A stretch of 63,856 nucleotides of DNA, the filler included, from Lenisia limosa (taxonomy: Eukaryota; Protista; Breviatea), in the NCBI GenBank assembly GCA_001655205.1. It is 17 parts of 17 records of this genome, joined end to end, with 100 filler letters (N's around TTAATTAATTAA, not from the genome) between each part and the next. Parts side by side here need not be neighbours in the genome. Positions count along the whole stretch, not along the records: positions 36,538 to 41,485 come from LPNZ01002138.1; positions 41,586 to 42,867 come from LPNZ01008350.1; positions 42,968 to 50,605 come from LPNZ01006529.1; positions 50,706 to 53,851 come from LPNZ01007382.1; 13 more parts are not named here. The stretch is one strand, 5' to 3'. Position numbers and translations under genes: made by a program. Of this stretch, positions 39,423 to 52,510 are shown one piece after another. Each line of letters starts with the position of its first letter. The first letter of the stretch is position 1. Below the pieces are notes generated by a model. That model made no database searches, was not told where the DNA came from, and saw only the letters and a program-made list of their open reading frames with translations.

Positions 39423-39878
39423 ACGTCCCCTCTTTTTGACATGATATTTATTTCAACTACGACTGAAAAACGAAATGACGGGGCAGGGCGAAATATAATC
39501 CAAATGAACAAAGTGACAAAATAGTTTGTTAGTCTGATGGTTCAAACCGAATTCTCAGAGGAAATGATCGGATTCGTAACAGTGAGAGCGAACTGACAAC
39601 CATAACAGAATAATCGAGATGGTCACCAAAACCCTGATCAATCTCTAGTCATTACTCTTCAGATCTCGAAACTAATTGGATTATCTTCCAAAATAGTTTG
39701 GAGATCTGAAGAGTAAAATAGCGTCGTAATAGTATTGAGTGAATTAGCGAAGTCTCCCTCTTTCGACTGTTTAAAATTGTATAGTCTCGGTTGTGGTAGC
39801 CCCACTCCCTCCTCCCATATCTGGACGTTTCCATTTTCCAATCAAATATAACGTGCATGCACTCAATTCCAACATTGC

Positions 39879-41485
39879 TTAGGGCTCGGTCTTCTTCAAC
39901 TCTGCGTTGTACCAGTCGTGGAGCTTGACCTGCACCTTGTACTCCTTGGCCTGCAATTGAATAAAAGGACAAATACAAGGGCGTAACATTGCTTGAAATT
40001 CATGATCTCACCCACCAGAGACTTGGACTGAGATTTTGTGACAGGCTCTCCGTTAGCGAGCTTAGTCGGCATGCCCTATACAGCATTAGCCAACCCAGGC
40101 ATTTCCATGCTGAATACACAAGAAGAGGGAAACTTTCATCGGACATTGGTTGTGTACATATGAAGAACTGAGCATAGACCCAGGCTGTTGGGTTGTGCTT
40201 CACTTTCGGTTCCAAAAAAGTGAATTCTCGATAAATCCAGTTGCTAAAGTGACCAGAGAAAGGGTGACGACTTACTTGGTCATCCCATTCGGAGTACTTC
40301 TCATTTTTGAACATTTCAGCAGGGTTGATCTTGCCCTTCTCCATTTTGGCGGCCTGGGCGGCTTCTTGACGGGCTCTTGCCTGGGGGTGTCGATAAAACA
40401 ATGAAACAGAGAAAAAAGAAAAAAAAAGAAAGAAAAAAAAAAACTACAGTACCCTGCCTTCCCGACTCGTCTCCGACGTCAGTACTACCAAGGCCTGCTG
40501 GGGCTTGCGTTCGCAGAGCGGACGGGATGCGCGATGACCCCCAGAGTATGACCGTAGCCGAAGGCTCAGCCCCCTCTTTCATTTCCGATGCAGTTTTTTC
40601 AGAAATATCGAAAATTTTCGCGCCCACCGCCCCGCTCCAGAAGAGATCCCTCCCTCCAGTCCGTCCCCGTCCACTCCGCCGCCGCTCTCCTATGTATATT
40701 TTTTATCTTTGTTTTAAATTTTTTGTCCTTTCAAAAAAATGGCGAAAAAACGACTATACCCCTAGTACAAGACCCATTTAAACATCAATTATCAGGAGAT
40801 TTCAGATTATGGCGTTAGAACCCCATCAAAAGGTGGCAGGCAAATAAAAACAATTCGTAGCAACGCTTACCTCGGCCTTTTTGCGTGCCTTCTCGTCAGC
40901 AAGGTTCTTCTTTTGCTCTGATAGGTTATATGTAGCAATGAAAAGTAATGACTACACATACAATTCGATAAAGTGACCGGGATAAGTCTTGACTGATTTT
41001 CCTTGGGAAATCACATGGCAAATCGGTCAAGACTATATGATATACTGTATTTCATATATGATATGTATAAAAAAATGTATAGATATATCGATATTATATC
41101 GATATGATAATATATATATATTGGTTTCCTCTATTTGACAAATTATATTTGTGTATTCCATACAAATAGAGGAACATGGAAATGCTACGGAGTAGGGGAG
41201 TGAAACTTGGCCCGGACCCACGGATGCTGGCCATAATCGCCTCTGGACTGTCGAGCTTCCACATTGCAGACTGACCGGGACGGTCCTGGGGGTGAGTCCA
41301 AGTAAGTAGGGCTTCCCTATAGTCCGACAAAGACAAGGAAAATATCGATATTTATCGAGAATATATTCAGTCTTGTTTTGGGATTGTTTAAAGTTTTATG
41401 GTAAGGTGTCAAGGGTTGAGGGAAAGGCTTAATGGTTAAATTAGGAAAGAATGCCACACAGACCTCGAGGAGAACTCCGATGGGG
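39879..41485 (-). CDS. CARS: Cysteinyl-tRNA synthetase, C-terminal extension
   Basis: IGVLLEDRPGQSAMWKL, KMEKGKINPAEMFKNEKYSEWDDQGMPTKLANGEPVTKSQSKSL...KLHDWY matches the eukaryotic CysRS C-terminus; TAA at 39879-39881. Confidence 0.85.
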
Positions 41486-41699
41486 NNNNNNNNNNNNNNN
41501 NNNNNNNNNNNNNNNNNNNNNNNNNNNNNTTAATTAATTAANNNNNNNNNNNNNNNNNNNNNNNNNNNNNNNNNNNNNNNNNNNNTCTGAATTAATGACA
41601 CGGTTTCTGAATTAATGACACGGTTTTGGTGCAGCAGCATATATAATATATATATGATATCGATATATTTATATTACAGTATATATATGTTATCATGGG

Positions 41700-42580
41700 C
41701 AACATTTGTATATTGTACGATGACCCAATAGAACTCTGAAGTTCGGTACTCGAGTTGACAAGGAACAGACAATGGAGGATAAGATCAAGTGGGTTGAACT
41801 GCCCTGTTATTTGGACAAAATAAACGGTTTTTACTTCTTTTCAGATCTGTCGAGGCCAAAATCTCCAAGTAGCGTGATACCCCCCCCCCNNNNNNNNNNN
41901 NNNNNNNNNNNNNNNNNNNNNNNNNNNNNNNNNNNNNNNNNNNNNNNNNNNNNNNNNNNNNNNNNNNATTTACCAGGACAGTTATGAAATGGAAAAATAA
42001 GGATTTCAATATTCGTTATCGTAAAGCCTCTATGCTTTCTTACTGTGTGGCGAGTGAATGTTGGTGTGGGTTTTGATTGATTTGACAGCCTCACTACCAC
42101 CACCCGTGGGAATCCAAAAAATTAAAGTGAAATGACGCAAAACGTGATTATTTGGAGGATCAAATCCGTGGGGGAAACAAAATTTACATGGAAAAGAACA
42201 ACAACATCATAACACCAAGTACCCGACTAATAGTAGTCATTCTGTTGATCGCAGCTGGAACCATCCCTAAAGGGTGAAAGAGGCCATAAAAATGACTCAT
42301 GTCAATTTTCAGCTAACCAGGTACACGATTCGGTAAGGTATTTGTAAGTGTGACACATTGTCTCTCCAAATGACGTCAGATCATTACATTCTGTTGTGAT
42401 TCTTGGACTTCGCCCCGAATCTCCGCTTGCTGCAATAATGAGTATGAAAAAAATAAAAGAGTAAAAATGGTACTCCCAATTCACCGTTTTGCATCATTGT
42501 GTAAACCATGACTACGATAATGCCAACAAGTGGTACGATCCAGCGGAAAGCTAAATAGTCAAAGAAGGGCAAGTGTGCAG
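41700..42580 (-). CDS. Possible membrane protein fragment
   Basis: Exons AFRWIVPLVGIIVVMVYTMMQN and ASGDSGRSPRITTECNDLTSFGETMCHTYKYLTESC; downstream phase not resolved. Confidence 0.35.
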
Positions 42581-42967
42581 AAAACGTTCAATTAAATACC
42601 CCTGCCCCAACTCACTCCAAATAGTAGGATACTTGTACCATTGACTAAGAAGTGAGTATTAATTGAGAATCAGTAATACGTAACAAAATGTGAAAAGAAA
42701 TGCGCATTATGTAATATGTATCATATAGTATAGGTTGGTGGTTAAAACCGCGAACATTATTAAAACCGCGAACAAGCCAAAAATCGACATAAATCGCTTC
42801 AATAACGCCTTTTTTAGTGTGAAATTCGGCAGTTTTGAGTACTAGACTATCAATAACATCAAAACAANNNNNNNNNNNNNNNNNNNNNNNNNNNNNNNNN
42901 NNNNNNNNNNNTTAATTAATTAANNNNNNNNNNNNNNNNNNNNNNNNNNNNNNNNNNNNNNNNNNNN

Positions 42968-44746
42968 CCCCACGTTGCCCATGGTATTTGATGACGCCAG
43001 TGAATGCGGCGACAAAGGCCTTGGAAATCCACATGATGCCCAGCTCCTGGAGAGAGGGGGGGGGGTGATCTATAGGTAGAGGTTTATTGTGGTGGATGTG
43101 ATGTTTCTTCAAATTAAAAGCTCTTCTTATGTAGCTTGTGTAATAATAACACTCAAAATGCATTCCTTAACTGTAGTTACAAAGGCTGAATATGGTTTAT
43201 AATTGGGGGAAACAATGGCCAGTTTGCAAACCGCGATTTGCTGCTTTCTTTGGGGATTTGAAACGAGGAAGTTTACCTTGGAAAAGTAAATTTGAAAAAA
43301 AAGTAGCGATACTTGCTACTTTCATTTTCAAAACAGCAATAAACTGATGCGTATTCCACATTCCATTTCCTCTGAGCTCAGACAAAAGAGCACTAGCTGA
43401 ACCCATTACCCACGCCTAGTTGGAGAAGGAGGAACAAGATGCCAGAAATGAGGATAACTATGAGGCGAATGGGGAAGAGGACGCAGTACCGAATGAATAC
43501 ACCCATCGACCAGAAGACGAAGAGGTAAACGTTCCAATTCCATCTGAATAGTTGACAAAGAGGTAAATGTTACTCTTCCAAACGAATTAAACCTCAAACG
43601 ATTCCAAAATACAACATATCGATATCGATATTGATAGAGGATATATCGACAATAGTTTTAGAACATACGGAATCCCCAATGAATAGGAACAATTTCAAAC
43701 ACCATATTTTACAGCATTACAAGGTCAATAACACGATTCTAATCCGCTTGTATTTGGGTCCACCAGCTAACCTGTCAGGTCTAGGGGATTTGAAACATGC
43801 TGTGAAGTCATCATCCACAAGTACCTGCATGTATCAGATAGTGCAGCATAATACACCTCGTTCAGCCCAACAAAGAAAGACGTAGAGAGTTGGATAAATG
43901 ATTGTTGAAACAAAACCAGTTTAAACCCATTACACCTTTGCATGCGTGCATTATTTTTTTCATTTTTTTGGGTAACCTGTTCCCATTCTTATTCAAAAAG
44001 TCCCCTCCCCAAAACCTGTACAGCATCTCGAATCATAGGGATCACTTCAGCAAAGGAAAATGGCCTACAATATAAAAAAAACAAATCGGAGTTTTCAATC
44101 TCTGAAAGTGAACATCTCACTCTTCATAAATTATGAAAGGTACTGGCTTCGGCCATTATGAACGTCATACAACAACCCCAAATACTTGGAAGCGTCAACG
44201 TCATGCAGATCGTCAACAAAAGAGTTGAAGAAACGACGTTGGATCTGAACTGTAACAAAAAAACAGTTCTCTTCAAGCGGAGTATGGCAATTTGGAAATT
44301 ATGACAAACGAAATCCAATCCTATCCCACGCCCATTGAAAATAACGCAAAACTATACACCTATGATCCCCGACCTCATCCTGATCATCGGGACCCATGTC
44401 GAAGTTCCAATAGTCATGGTTGAACATCCGCTCCCTGGTTGTGAGTTTCACTCAAAACGCGAGTGAAAAGGGGAAATAGCTACAGGAAAATGCTTTGAAA
44501 TGTATTACGCTACAGATGGGGGAAGTTGAGAGAAGGGGGAGGCTAGTACAGAGAACAAAACTATACAAGCACCCAAATTGAGGATATTTCCCCCCACCTA
44601 ATCTCTTCAGGATCTGATGATTTGGCCTCATTTAAGGTTCTGAAAGCCGTTACCAGATCCGGCGGCTTCACTAAAATAAATAAGAGACATCCGCCAACTT
44701 CTGCCTTACTATAAGCTCCTCCTGAAAAGGACCTGTTCTTTCTCAT
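42968..44746 (-). CDS. GPAT3: Glycerol-3-phosphate acyltransferase GPAT3/4 (plant GPAT9-like), 3' truncated
   Basis: LVDDDFTACFKSPRPDRWNWNVYLFVFWSMGVFIRYCVLFPIR and KAFVAAFTGVIKYHG match GPAT3/4/9 N-terminal motifs. The start at 44746 is tentative. Confidence 0.88.
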
Positions 44747-44912
44747 GATGACGCAGTCAAAAAAGCCCAAAAAAGCCAGAAAATCATGAGAAAATAATAT
44801 TGTTTAAAAACGTACACCCCCGATTATATCGTGTATAAGGCGCTGGCGAAATGTCATAACTCCTTTCCCAGAGCCTCAATACCGTTAACAGTTAGTATAT
44901 GATGCAACAGAA

Positions 44913-47900
44913 ATGACTGCCGATCGCCGATCAGAACCCGTTGTTTCTAACGCCACTAAGCGCCGTCGACGCCGGCAGATTCTCGAGCAGGTATGTGATC
45001 ATGCGGACAGTGTATGTGAGTAAATATTGTGGCAATGATCGCAAATTTTACCATGTTCCATTGTGAAAGGTGGGTTGAGGCACTGTGGAATTATGCCTTT
45101 TGTGATGTACAGCTGCTTATGGCGGTCGGCTGCATTTTAATTTTTGGATATTTCATTGCTTCTTTTTGTCGGAAGAAGTTATTTCTACCAATTACCCAAT
45201 CAGGCTCATAATCTGAAGAAGATTGCTGAAAACACCCCCATCAGTCAGCCCCAAGAACAGAACCCCCNNNNNNNNNNNNNNNNNNNNNNNNNNNNNNNNN
45301 NNNNNNNNNNNNNNNNNNNNNNNNNNNNNNNNNNNNNNNGCCACTCCAACTACTGGTCCAGCTTCACCTCCCCTTCTCCCCACCCCCTCTGCATCCACAA
45401 TGGCCCCGTCTTTCTACGCACCGGCACCTAAGAAACTCACAAGGCGCCCCCTTCCAAAGCCGAGCCTACCTTCCGTCTCCCCCATGATCACGTTGAAAAG
45501 AGGAAGGTCGCCATCCCCAGCTGAAGCCGAAGGTTTGCAAAACTATATATAAACCATACCCAGAATTTAGACATGGGCAGTCGATTGTATTGTTGGATAT
45601 CGTCTCATATTTTTTTTAGGTTATTGAAAAGGGCAAAGTAATCATTTTTCGGTTTTAAATCCAACTCCATCAGGTTCAATACAAACTTTGGTACCCTCCA
45701 AGGATCTCTCAGATCAACTGAAAACACCTCCGGATTCCCCCGACCGTCCCCGGGTGACTAAAAACGTATGAGCAGTATATTCTAAAAGAATGATTTTNNN
45801 NNNNNNNNNNNNNNNNNNNNNNNNNNNNNNNNNNNNNNNNNNNNNNNNNNNNNNNNNNNNNNNNNNNNNNNNNNNNNNNNNNNNNNNNNNNNNNNNNNNN
45901 NNNNNNNNNNNNNNNNNNNNNCACGTGGGATTGTCACCATCTGCTTTATTCTTGTGTCCCAAAGTTGTATCCCATATCACTCACCTTCAGGTCTTCGGCA
46001 ACACGGACTGATGAAGGATGCTGTCCTGGTTGGAGGGGGGGGGGGTACCAATCAGTTTCGTTGAAAATTACAGATATTCACCAATATTAACTTACTCTAA
46101 TGTGAATACGAATACCACGTTTCTCGCAGCCAATGACATATTACTGTTTGTTTTTTTGTTTTATTGTTTTTTTTTTAGAATTAGAAAAGTTCTACTACCA
46201 GCGTTACAGATATTTCCACAAGTTTGACCAGGGAATCGGGCTTGATCAAGGTTTTTGGGAATTACTTTGCCTTTTAAAATATTATTTGCACCATATCACT
46301 ACTAAATATCTTTGTTATTCTTTAACAAAATAGAAGGGTGGTACAGTGTAACCCCAGAGTTAATTGCGAAGCACCAGGCTCAGAAAGTTGCCGGACGAAT
46401 GGTAGGATAGAATGACTGTTTCCAATCTTGAGATGATTTGAGGGCGGCAGTATATAATATTGCAATAAATGAAATATGATAGTTATCTATTTGGTTCCCA
46501 TTCAGGGGTGTTTTATAGCTGAAGAGCTGTACAGATCCAAGCATTTCTTCATGACTTTTCAGGTTGTTGATCTCTTTACAGGATGTGGCGGAAATGCGAT
46601 TCAATTCGCGCTTCAAGGTAAACTCATGCATTGTATTTGTTGGTCATACATCATATGATATCTTGCTATCTCATGAAGTGACAATTGCTTTTGACTCTAA
46701 TCACCTTGTCGATATTTTACGACAGACACTTTCATTTCAGTAATTAACATGACATATTTGTATCAACTTACGTTTCACATTTAACTCTTAGGTTGCAAAG
46801 TTTTGGCCATCGATATCGATGAAAACCGGCTGAAACTCGCAAGGCAAAACGCTTCTGTAGGGGTGTCTTCAAAATACATATCTTGAAAGGAGGTATAAAA
46901 TTAAATGCTAATTTGATTTGATGTTTAATGGTCATAAATGAATCACCCCCCCCCCCCCNNNNNNNNNNNNNNNNNNNNNNNNNNNNNNNNNNNNNNNNNN
47001 NNNNNNNNNNNNNNNNNNNNNNNNNNNNNNNNNNNNNNNNNNNNNNNNNNNNNNNNNNNNNNNNNNNNNNNNNNNNNNNNNNNNNNNNNNNNNNNNNNNN
47101 NNNNNNNNNNNNNNNNNNNNNNNNNNNNNNNNNNNNNNNNNNNNNNNNNNNNNNNNNNNAATTTATTCATGGCGATGCGTTAGAGATCTTTGAGAAATTA
47201 AAGGTTGGTAGATGGTTTGGGTGTCTTTTTATTTCTGTCAAAATGTCTTCTTTTTTCTTGCCAACTAGATATGAAACGTCATTTATACTTGAAAACCTGT
47301 CACAGTCTTAGGACGTTGTTCTTTTCCTTTCCCCTCCCTGGGGTGGACCAGAGTATCTCAATAAGGACAAGTTCTACCTAGATAACATGGTCATTTCTGG
47401 TGTCAAAGGGTACGCAATATTGGTTGTTATCAGCTTCATTAGCTTATATTCTTGAAGTTCCTAAACATGTTGTTTCAGATCCTCTTTGTGTCTCCTTTTT
47501 TTGGAACTCTTTTGGTGGAATGCGGGTGTATTTCATAAATTCTGTTTTTCACGCACCAGAAAGGAACTGCTCCGACGTTGTCTGGCGGTTAGTAAGGATG
47601 TCATCGCCTTCCTCCCCAGGAATACGCCTTATTCGGAAATAGTGGGGGACGGGGTTGCAAAAAGCGCCTAACGTAACTCTACTACTTGATAAATTCCGTG
47701 TTATATCGTGTTTATCTCCTGGTTACCCCTATGAACCTGGTCGTCTTTTCATTCACCCCATTTACTGATGGGATGCGGTGCTGCAGAAGCGANNNNNNNN
47801 NNNNNNNNNNNNNNNNNNNNNNNNNNNNNNNNNNNNNNNNNNNNNNNNNNNNNNNNNNNNNNNNNNNNNNNNNNNNNNNNNNNNNNNNNNNNNNNNNNNT

Positions 47901-47962
47901 ATCTCAACAGTAAGATCAAGGCGATCACTGTTTACTTCTCCGAAGTAAAGCCAGCCTGCTAA
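44913..47962 (+). CDS. TGS1: Trimethylguanosine synthase
   Basis: KFYYQRYRYFHKFDQGI, EGWYSVTPELIAKH, VVDLFTGCGGNAIQFA, VLAIDID, FIHGD, FLSPPWGGPEY, AFLPRNT, YLNSKIKAITVYF; TAA at 47960-47962. Attachment of the Pro/Ser-rich 5' exons is inferred. Confidence 0.93.
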
Positions 47963-48365
47963 CTGGGATACTGTCTGTTCTTTCTTAGTTATTATTTCTG
48001 ATGGTATTAATGTATAGACATGTATGTGACATTACTTATATGTAACAATAAAGGATGTAATGATGGTGTTGCATGTGCAGTGCTATTGTTGATGCATTGC
48101 ACACAAATTGCACATGTATTCATGTATCACTGTGTATTTATGTATGCTATGATGCTGTGATGATGCTGCATATATACATGCATTAATTAGTGAATGAGGG
48201 TAAAGCGGCGTCGACAAGCGTCGGCTAGAAATCAGTAAGTTGTGGCGCGATGTAACATATAAATACCACATGTCCTTTCATATTGGCAACAACTCATTTA
48301 CTCATTATTATCCTGTTTACGCAATGTCTATTTGTTGTTTAACTTATATACCTTAATAATCAGCT

Positions 48366-50310
48366 ATGGAGAGACACATTCGGCCTCTCATCCGGTGCAT
48401 TTTTCTGATTATCCTCTTGCAAACCACGTATTGTAGATTTTTCTTTGTATTTGAGAATGATGGAGGTATGTAGCTTGTATTTGGAAAGGGAACAGTAATA
48501 TACCATTTTAGTCTCGGACTTCTCTTGGGAGTACTCGATAACCCATTCTCGACAAGCCCTTCAGCATTCATCGCTGTATGTCTTGGTTTTTGTTAAATTA
48601 CCTTGATTATGTGCATATACTCACTTATATAGAGTAAACGTGACCACAGGAGTTGTACTTAACCAGATGTCTTCAGCAGAAAGCCTCGCTGCCCTTCTTG
48701 GGTCGTCTCCAAACACAGAGAAGAACTTATTCTTATTTTCATCCGATATATATGAGGTAGGTCCCTCCCTTGCAGTCGTGACATACACCATAGCATTCTT
48801 TGATCCCGCTTTCCCGCGTCTGGTCGGAGAACAACCTCTTCGTCATTGCTGATGTGAGTGAGGAAGATATAAGGTCTTAGAATAGACTCGGGGGTCAAGT
48901 AAATGAATGTGTGTTCGTAATATTGTTCCGTAGTCCTTTCTTCTGTTTAGGCCTAGGAATATGGCTGAATACGGATGAATATAGCGCCCCATCTCTGAGT
49001 TTTTTTCATTGTCTAAACTGTTGATCTTCTGAGTATGGTGATATAGAGAGGTTTAGTCTGACTAATATGTTAATATTATATTTTCCAATGACCTCATTTC
49101 TGTATCAGCATATGTGGCTGAATTGGGCCCTGCTTTCTCTGTTTTATTGTGCCAAACCATAGGCTGCCCTGTGTTACGCTTATGATACATTGGTGTTATT
49201 CACCTCTTGACATTCACTGTACCCAGCGTTGAAATTTCTTGGCTTTACCACTCTCCCTCAGGCTGATGTAACCCCCACTATCCCTGCACACACGGTGGTA
49301 TCTGCCAAAATCAACAGAATTGAATTAGGCTATCTGTCAGGGGCTCTTGCTGCCTCGATTTCATCTGAAAAAGTGGGTTGCACTTTTTCTGTAGTTCTTA
49401 GGATGGCATGGGTCTAATATCAATTTCAGCCCCCTTTTAAAATCTGATTGCTTAGATTTGTCTCGTTACCGGCTTCGACACTGATAATGACAAGATATTG
49501 CGGCAAGCAGCTGCTTTGGCTATCCGTATGTGGTGAACTACAGGTTTTTTCTGCGATTATTGAAAATTTGGTTCATTGGAATCAATACAATGCCTCCACG
49601 CCAAATATTCTCAAGTCGACACATGTAGCAAAGTGTGATAGTGTTTTTGATTGCTGTTTTTGCTATTGTTGGTTTATTTCATTATAAGAGCTGTAATCCC
49701 GTCAGAAAACGATGGGGGAGAATCGGAGAGCTTTATCCTCAACACTAACTACAATGGTCTGTGGGGGATCTGGTACAAAGTACATAATATATTTGTGATT
49801 TATTTTTTAGATAATCCCAAGACTGATATATATTGTATGTGGACATTGGAGATGGCTATGTAACGTATCATACATATACATATACCTTGCAAAATATGAA
49901 ATCCTTTGACTAACCTTCTGTCTGAAGATATGTCCATTTACATGATTATCCAGTAAACTCAGTCTTTTATTTTTGACCAAAGTAAATCTCGTGTATAGTT
50001 ACCACTTGCAGATGTTGTAGTACAGGCTACTGAAGACCTCATTGGATGCAACTGCAGTTTAGTTGTGGACCTTCTGGGGTATGGGTGGGGTGATGTTAGG
50101 ATCAAAAAAGAGCATTACTAGTTATATTCTGACATGTTAGGATATCTCAAGTCAATTTCTATCTTCTATCGATAGGCTGATAAAACCTCGTCTTCTCTAA
50201 CCCCAAGGACTAAGAAGCTTCACGAAACATGTGCAGAGAACAATATCCCGTCTATCGGCTACCTGGCGGACTACTCCGCTTTCTTTCCGTCTACCGTTCT
50301 TGCAAGGTAG
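48366..50310 (+). CDS. Secreted/receptor protein with bacterial BMP (Bmp/PnrA, PBP type 1) solute-binding domain, 3' truncated
   Basis: Signal peptide, then NDGGVSDFSWEYSITHSRQAL, NRIELGYLSGALAASISSEKICLV, DVVVQATED and ENNIPSIGYLADYSAFFPSTVLAS, which parallel four BMP-family motifs from memory. Some middle exons are ambiguous. Confidence 0.65.
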
Positions 50311-50705
50311 CGAGCAACATAGGGCATTTCATGTGATCAGTTAGCATTGAGAAAGATAGATGACTGTTTGACTTTTTTTTGTGTGTTTTTCTTTGGAATC
50401 CCCCCCTCCCTCTTCATCCCTATCTCTATCTCTCTCTTCCCGCCCATCGAGCTCATACCTATTTGATATTTTGTGTTTGTTGTGATTTAATAATGTCCAC
50501 TCAAATAAAAAAAAACACACGCACAATACGCTAGAGTTATGGGATGCGGTGTTGCAAAAGCGACTGGCCTGGGTTTTGGTTGTTGGAGTGATGGGACGCG
50601 GTGTTNNNNNNNNNNNNNNNNNNNNNNNNNNNNNNNNNNNNNNNNNNNNTTAATTAATTAANNNNNNNNNNNNNNNNNNNNNNNNNNNNNNNNNNNNNNN
50701 NNNNN

Positions 50706-52210
50706 GGGGCAGAGTAACACCGCAGGTTCACAATCCACCGGAGCAGTTGTATGGAACTATGACCACCCACGTTCAATAGTTAAAATAGGTATTTTGTGGA
50801 TGGGGTGGTTTCAGAGGGTTTCAGTTTCATACAAAAGATCACAGATCCATGATTATATTGTTCAGAGCGAAATGTGATCCGTATATCAATAAAAATCGGA
50901 CATGCACAAACATTATGCTGGATTTGGTATTTGCTCTCAGGATGGCCGTCACTATTCCCAATTCTTCACCTTGCTTCTTTTTATCTTTTTGTCCCTCGTT
51001 CATTTTTCACTTTGCTTCTTGTTTCACTCTCATTTTTCACGAGTGATGGGATGTGGTTGCAGAAGCGACTGGCCTGGGCTTGTTTGTTTTGTTGTTATCA
51101 AGCCTCGTGTGTTGTCAGCCAACAGNNNNNNNNNNNNNNNNNNNNNNNNNNNNNNNNNNNNNNNNNNNNNNNNNNNNNNNNNNNNNNNNNNNNNNNNNNN
51201 NNNNNNNNNNNNNNNNNNNNNNNNNNNNNNNNNNNNNNNNNNNNNNNNNNNNNNNNNNNNNNNGACTTGGTCCTGTGCTGCTGGGAGGAGGTCGCGTCGT
51301 TCGGTTTAACCCAGGGTAGGGGGGGGGGGCAATATCATCGTTTTTTTCTTATCCAGTGTGGGAAGGAGGGGGCACTACTACAACATGACTTGCCCCAAAA
51401 TATTATATGTTACCACTATTTCACGCTGGAGTGATAGGATGCGGTATGCAGAAGCGACTGGTCTGGGCTTTGTTTATTGGAGTGATGGGATGCGGTACTG
51501 CAGAAGCGATTAGCTTGGGCTTTGTTTGTTTGTTTTTTCATCCCTCTTTTTCTAGGTAATAAAGTTGATTTGAGGCTTCTTTTCTTTCTTTTTATTTTCT
51601 TCGAAATTTCCATCACCCCCCCCCCCAAGATAAGCCCTCCATCACACTCCACGGCCTCCCGGCATTCCGAACGTGGAGTTTACGCGCATCGTTCAACTTG
51701 CGCGCACGTGTGGACCCCTCGGTTGTCTTCGGCAACATGTCGGATGCCAAGGTTACGGTGGGAGGGTATTATGTCAGGGCTTCCATACCATCCGAAAAAG
51801 ACAATCAACATATCGATATTTATCGAGGATTTATCGAGAAATTCAGTCTTTTTTTGGGACCAAGGGAAGCCCTAATTATGTCGGATATGAAAGTGAATGG
51901 GGGGGGGGGTATGCCCATATTCTTCGTCAATATTTCCTGTAGTTGACCCCTTTCAGAAAGCGTCTTGGTCGTCAGTGCTTGCTGTCGGCCTTGATGTAGC
52001 GTCCTCTGCTTCTCCGAGCTCTTTTCTTAGTAATTTGGTGGGATGGGGGGATTGCCTGAAACCCTTTGACCCTTTTTCTCATTATAGTCCGTCCGTTTGA
52101 ATATTTCTGACCAATTAGACGTCTGTGGACTTGACGTCTGCATCGTTAGCTATTTCTGCCCCCGTACGGCCTGTGCGCCAAGTTAGCAGGGTGGCTGCAT
52201 TGATCTTAAT
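50706..52210 (+). CDS. Fragment of unknown protein
   Basis: Open GT-AG exons such as RASFNLRARVDPSVVFGNMSDAK and KASWSSVLAVGLDVASSASPSSFLSNL; introns filled with family C, D and A repeats. Confidence 0.4.
51041..51125 (+). repeat. Dispersed intronic repeat family C (~150 nt; representative copy)
   Basis: Consensus GAGTGATGGGATGCGGTGCTGCAGAAGCGACTGGCCTGGGCTTTGTTTG...TTATCAACCCTCGTGTGTTGTCAGCCAACAGAGTTGATTTGGGCTTTTTTGTTTCATAAATTTTCC. Copies at ~37-110, 3205-3290, 4808-4849(-), 10115-10158, 35335-35405, 36110-36260, 36365-36437, 47762-47792, 50530-50605, 51426-51610, 54355-54384, 55440-55500 and 62740-62767. Confidence 0.88.
51775..51874. mobile_element. hAT-type MITE (family D), 100 bp
   Basis: TIRs CAGGGCTTCC / GGAAGCCCTA; flanking direct repeat ATTATGT(C) at 51768 and 51875. 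The core ATATCGATATTTATCGAGGATTTATCGAGAAAT is shared with 237-338, 41341-41375 and 54120-54190. Confidence 0.8.
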
Positions 52211-52388
52211 ACTCCATCGCATGATTGTGTGGACGGCTCTAGCCAGATACTATATTCTCTTATAAACGTAATTTTATTTTTCAAGGTAGTCTTTTTTACA
52301 ATCCAATTTCAAAACAATCCTTATTCCACCTTACGAGTTTTATGGAATCTCTTATCATTGTTGGTTCGGCCAGAAACTTATTCTCACT

Positions 52389-52510
52389 TGAACTTTGTAT
52401 CTTATTTTGCGGTATTGCTGCCAGATACTCTCTTTGTATCTTTTTTAGCGGTTCTACCAGATACTCTCAATTCCGTATCTTTTCTAGCAGTATTGCTGCC
52501 AGATACTTTC
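52389..52510. repeat. ~40-bp tandem repeat (GCGGTATTGCTGCCAGATACTCTC...), 3 copies
   Basis: Three near-identical CCAGATACT-containing units head to tail. Confidence 0.75.
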
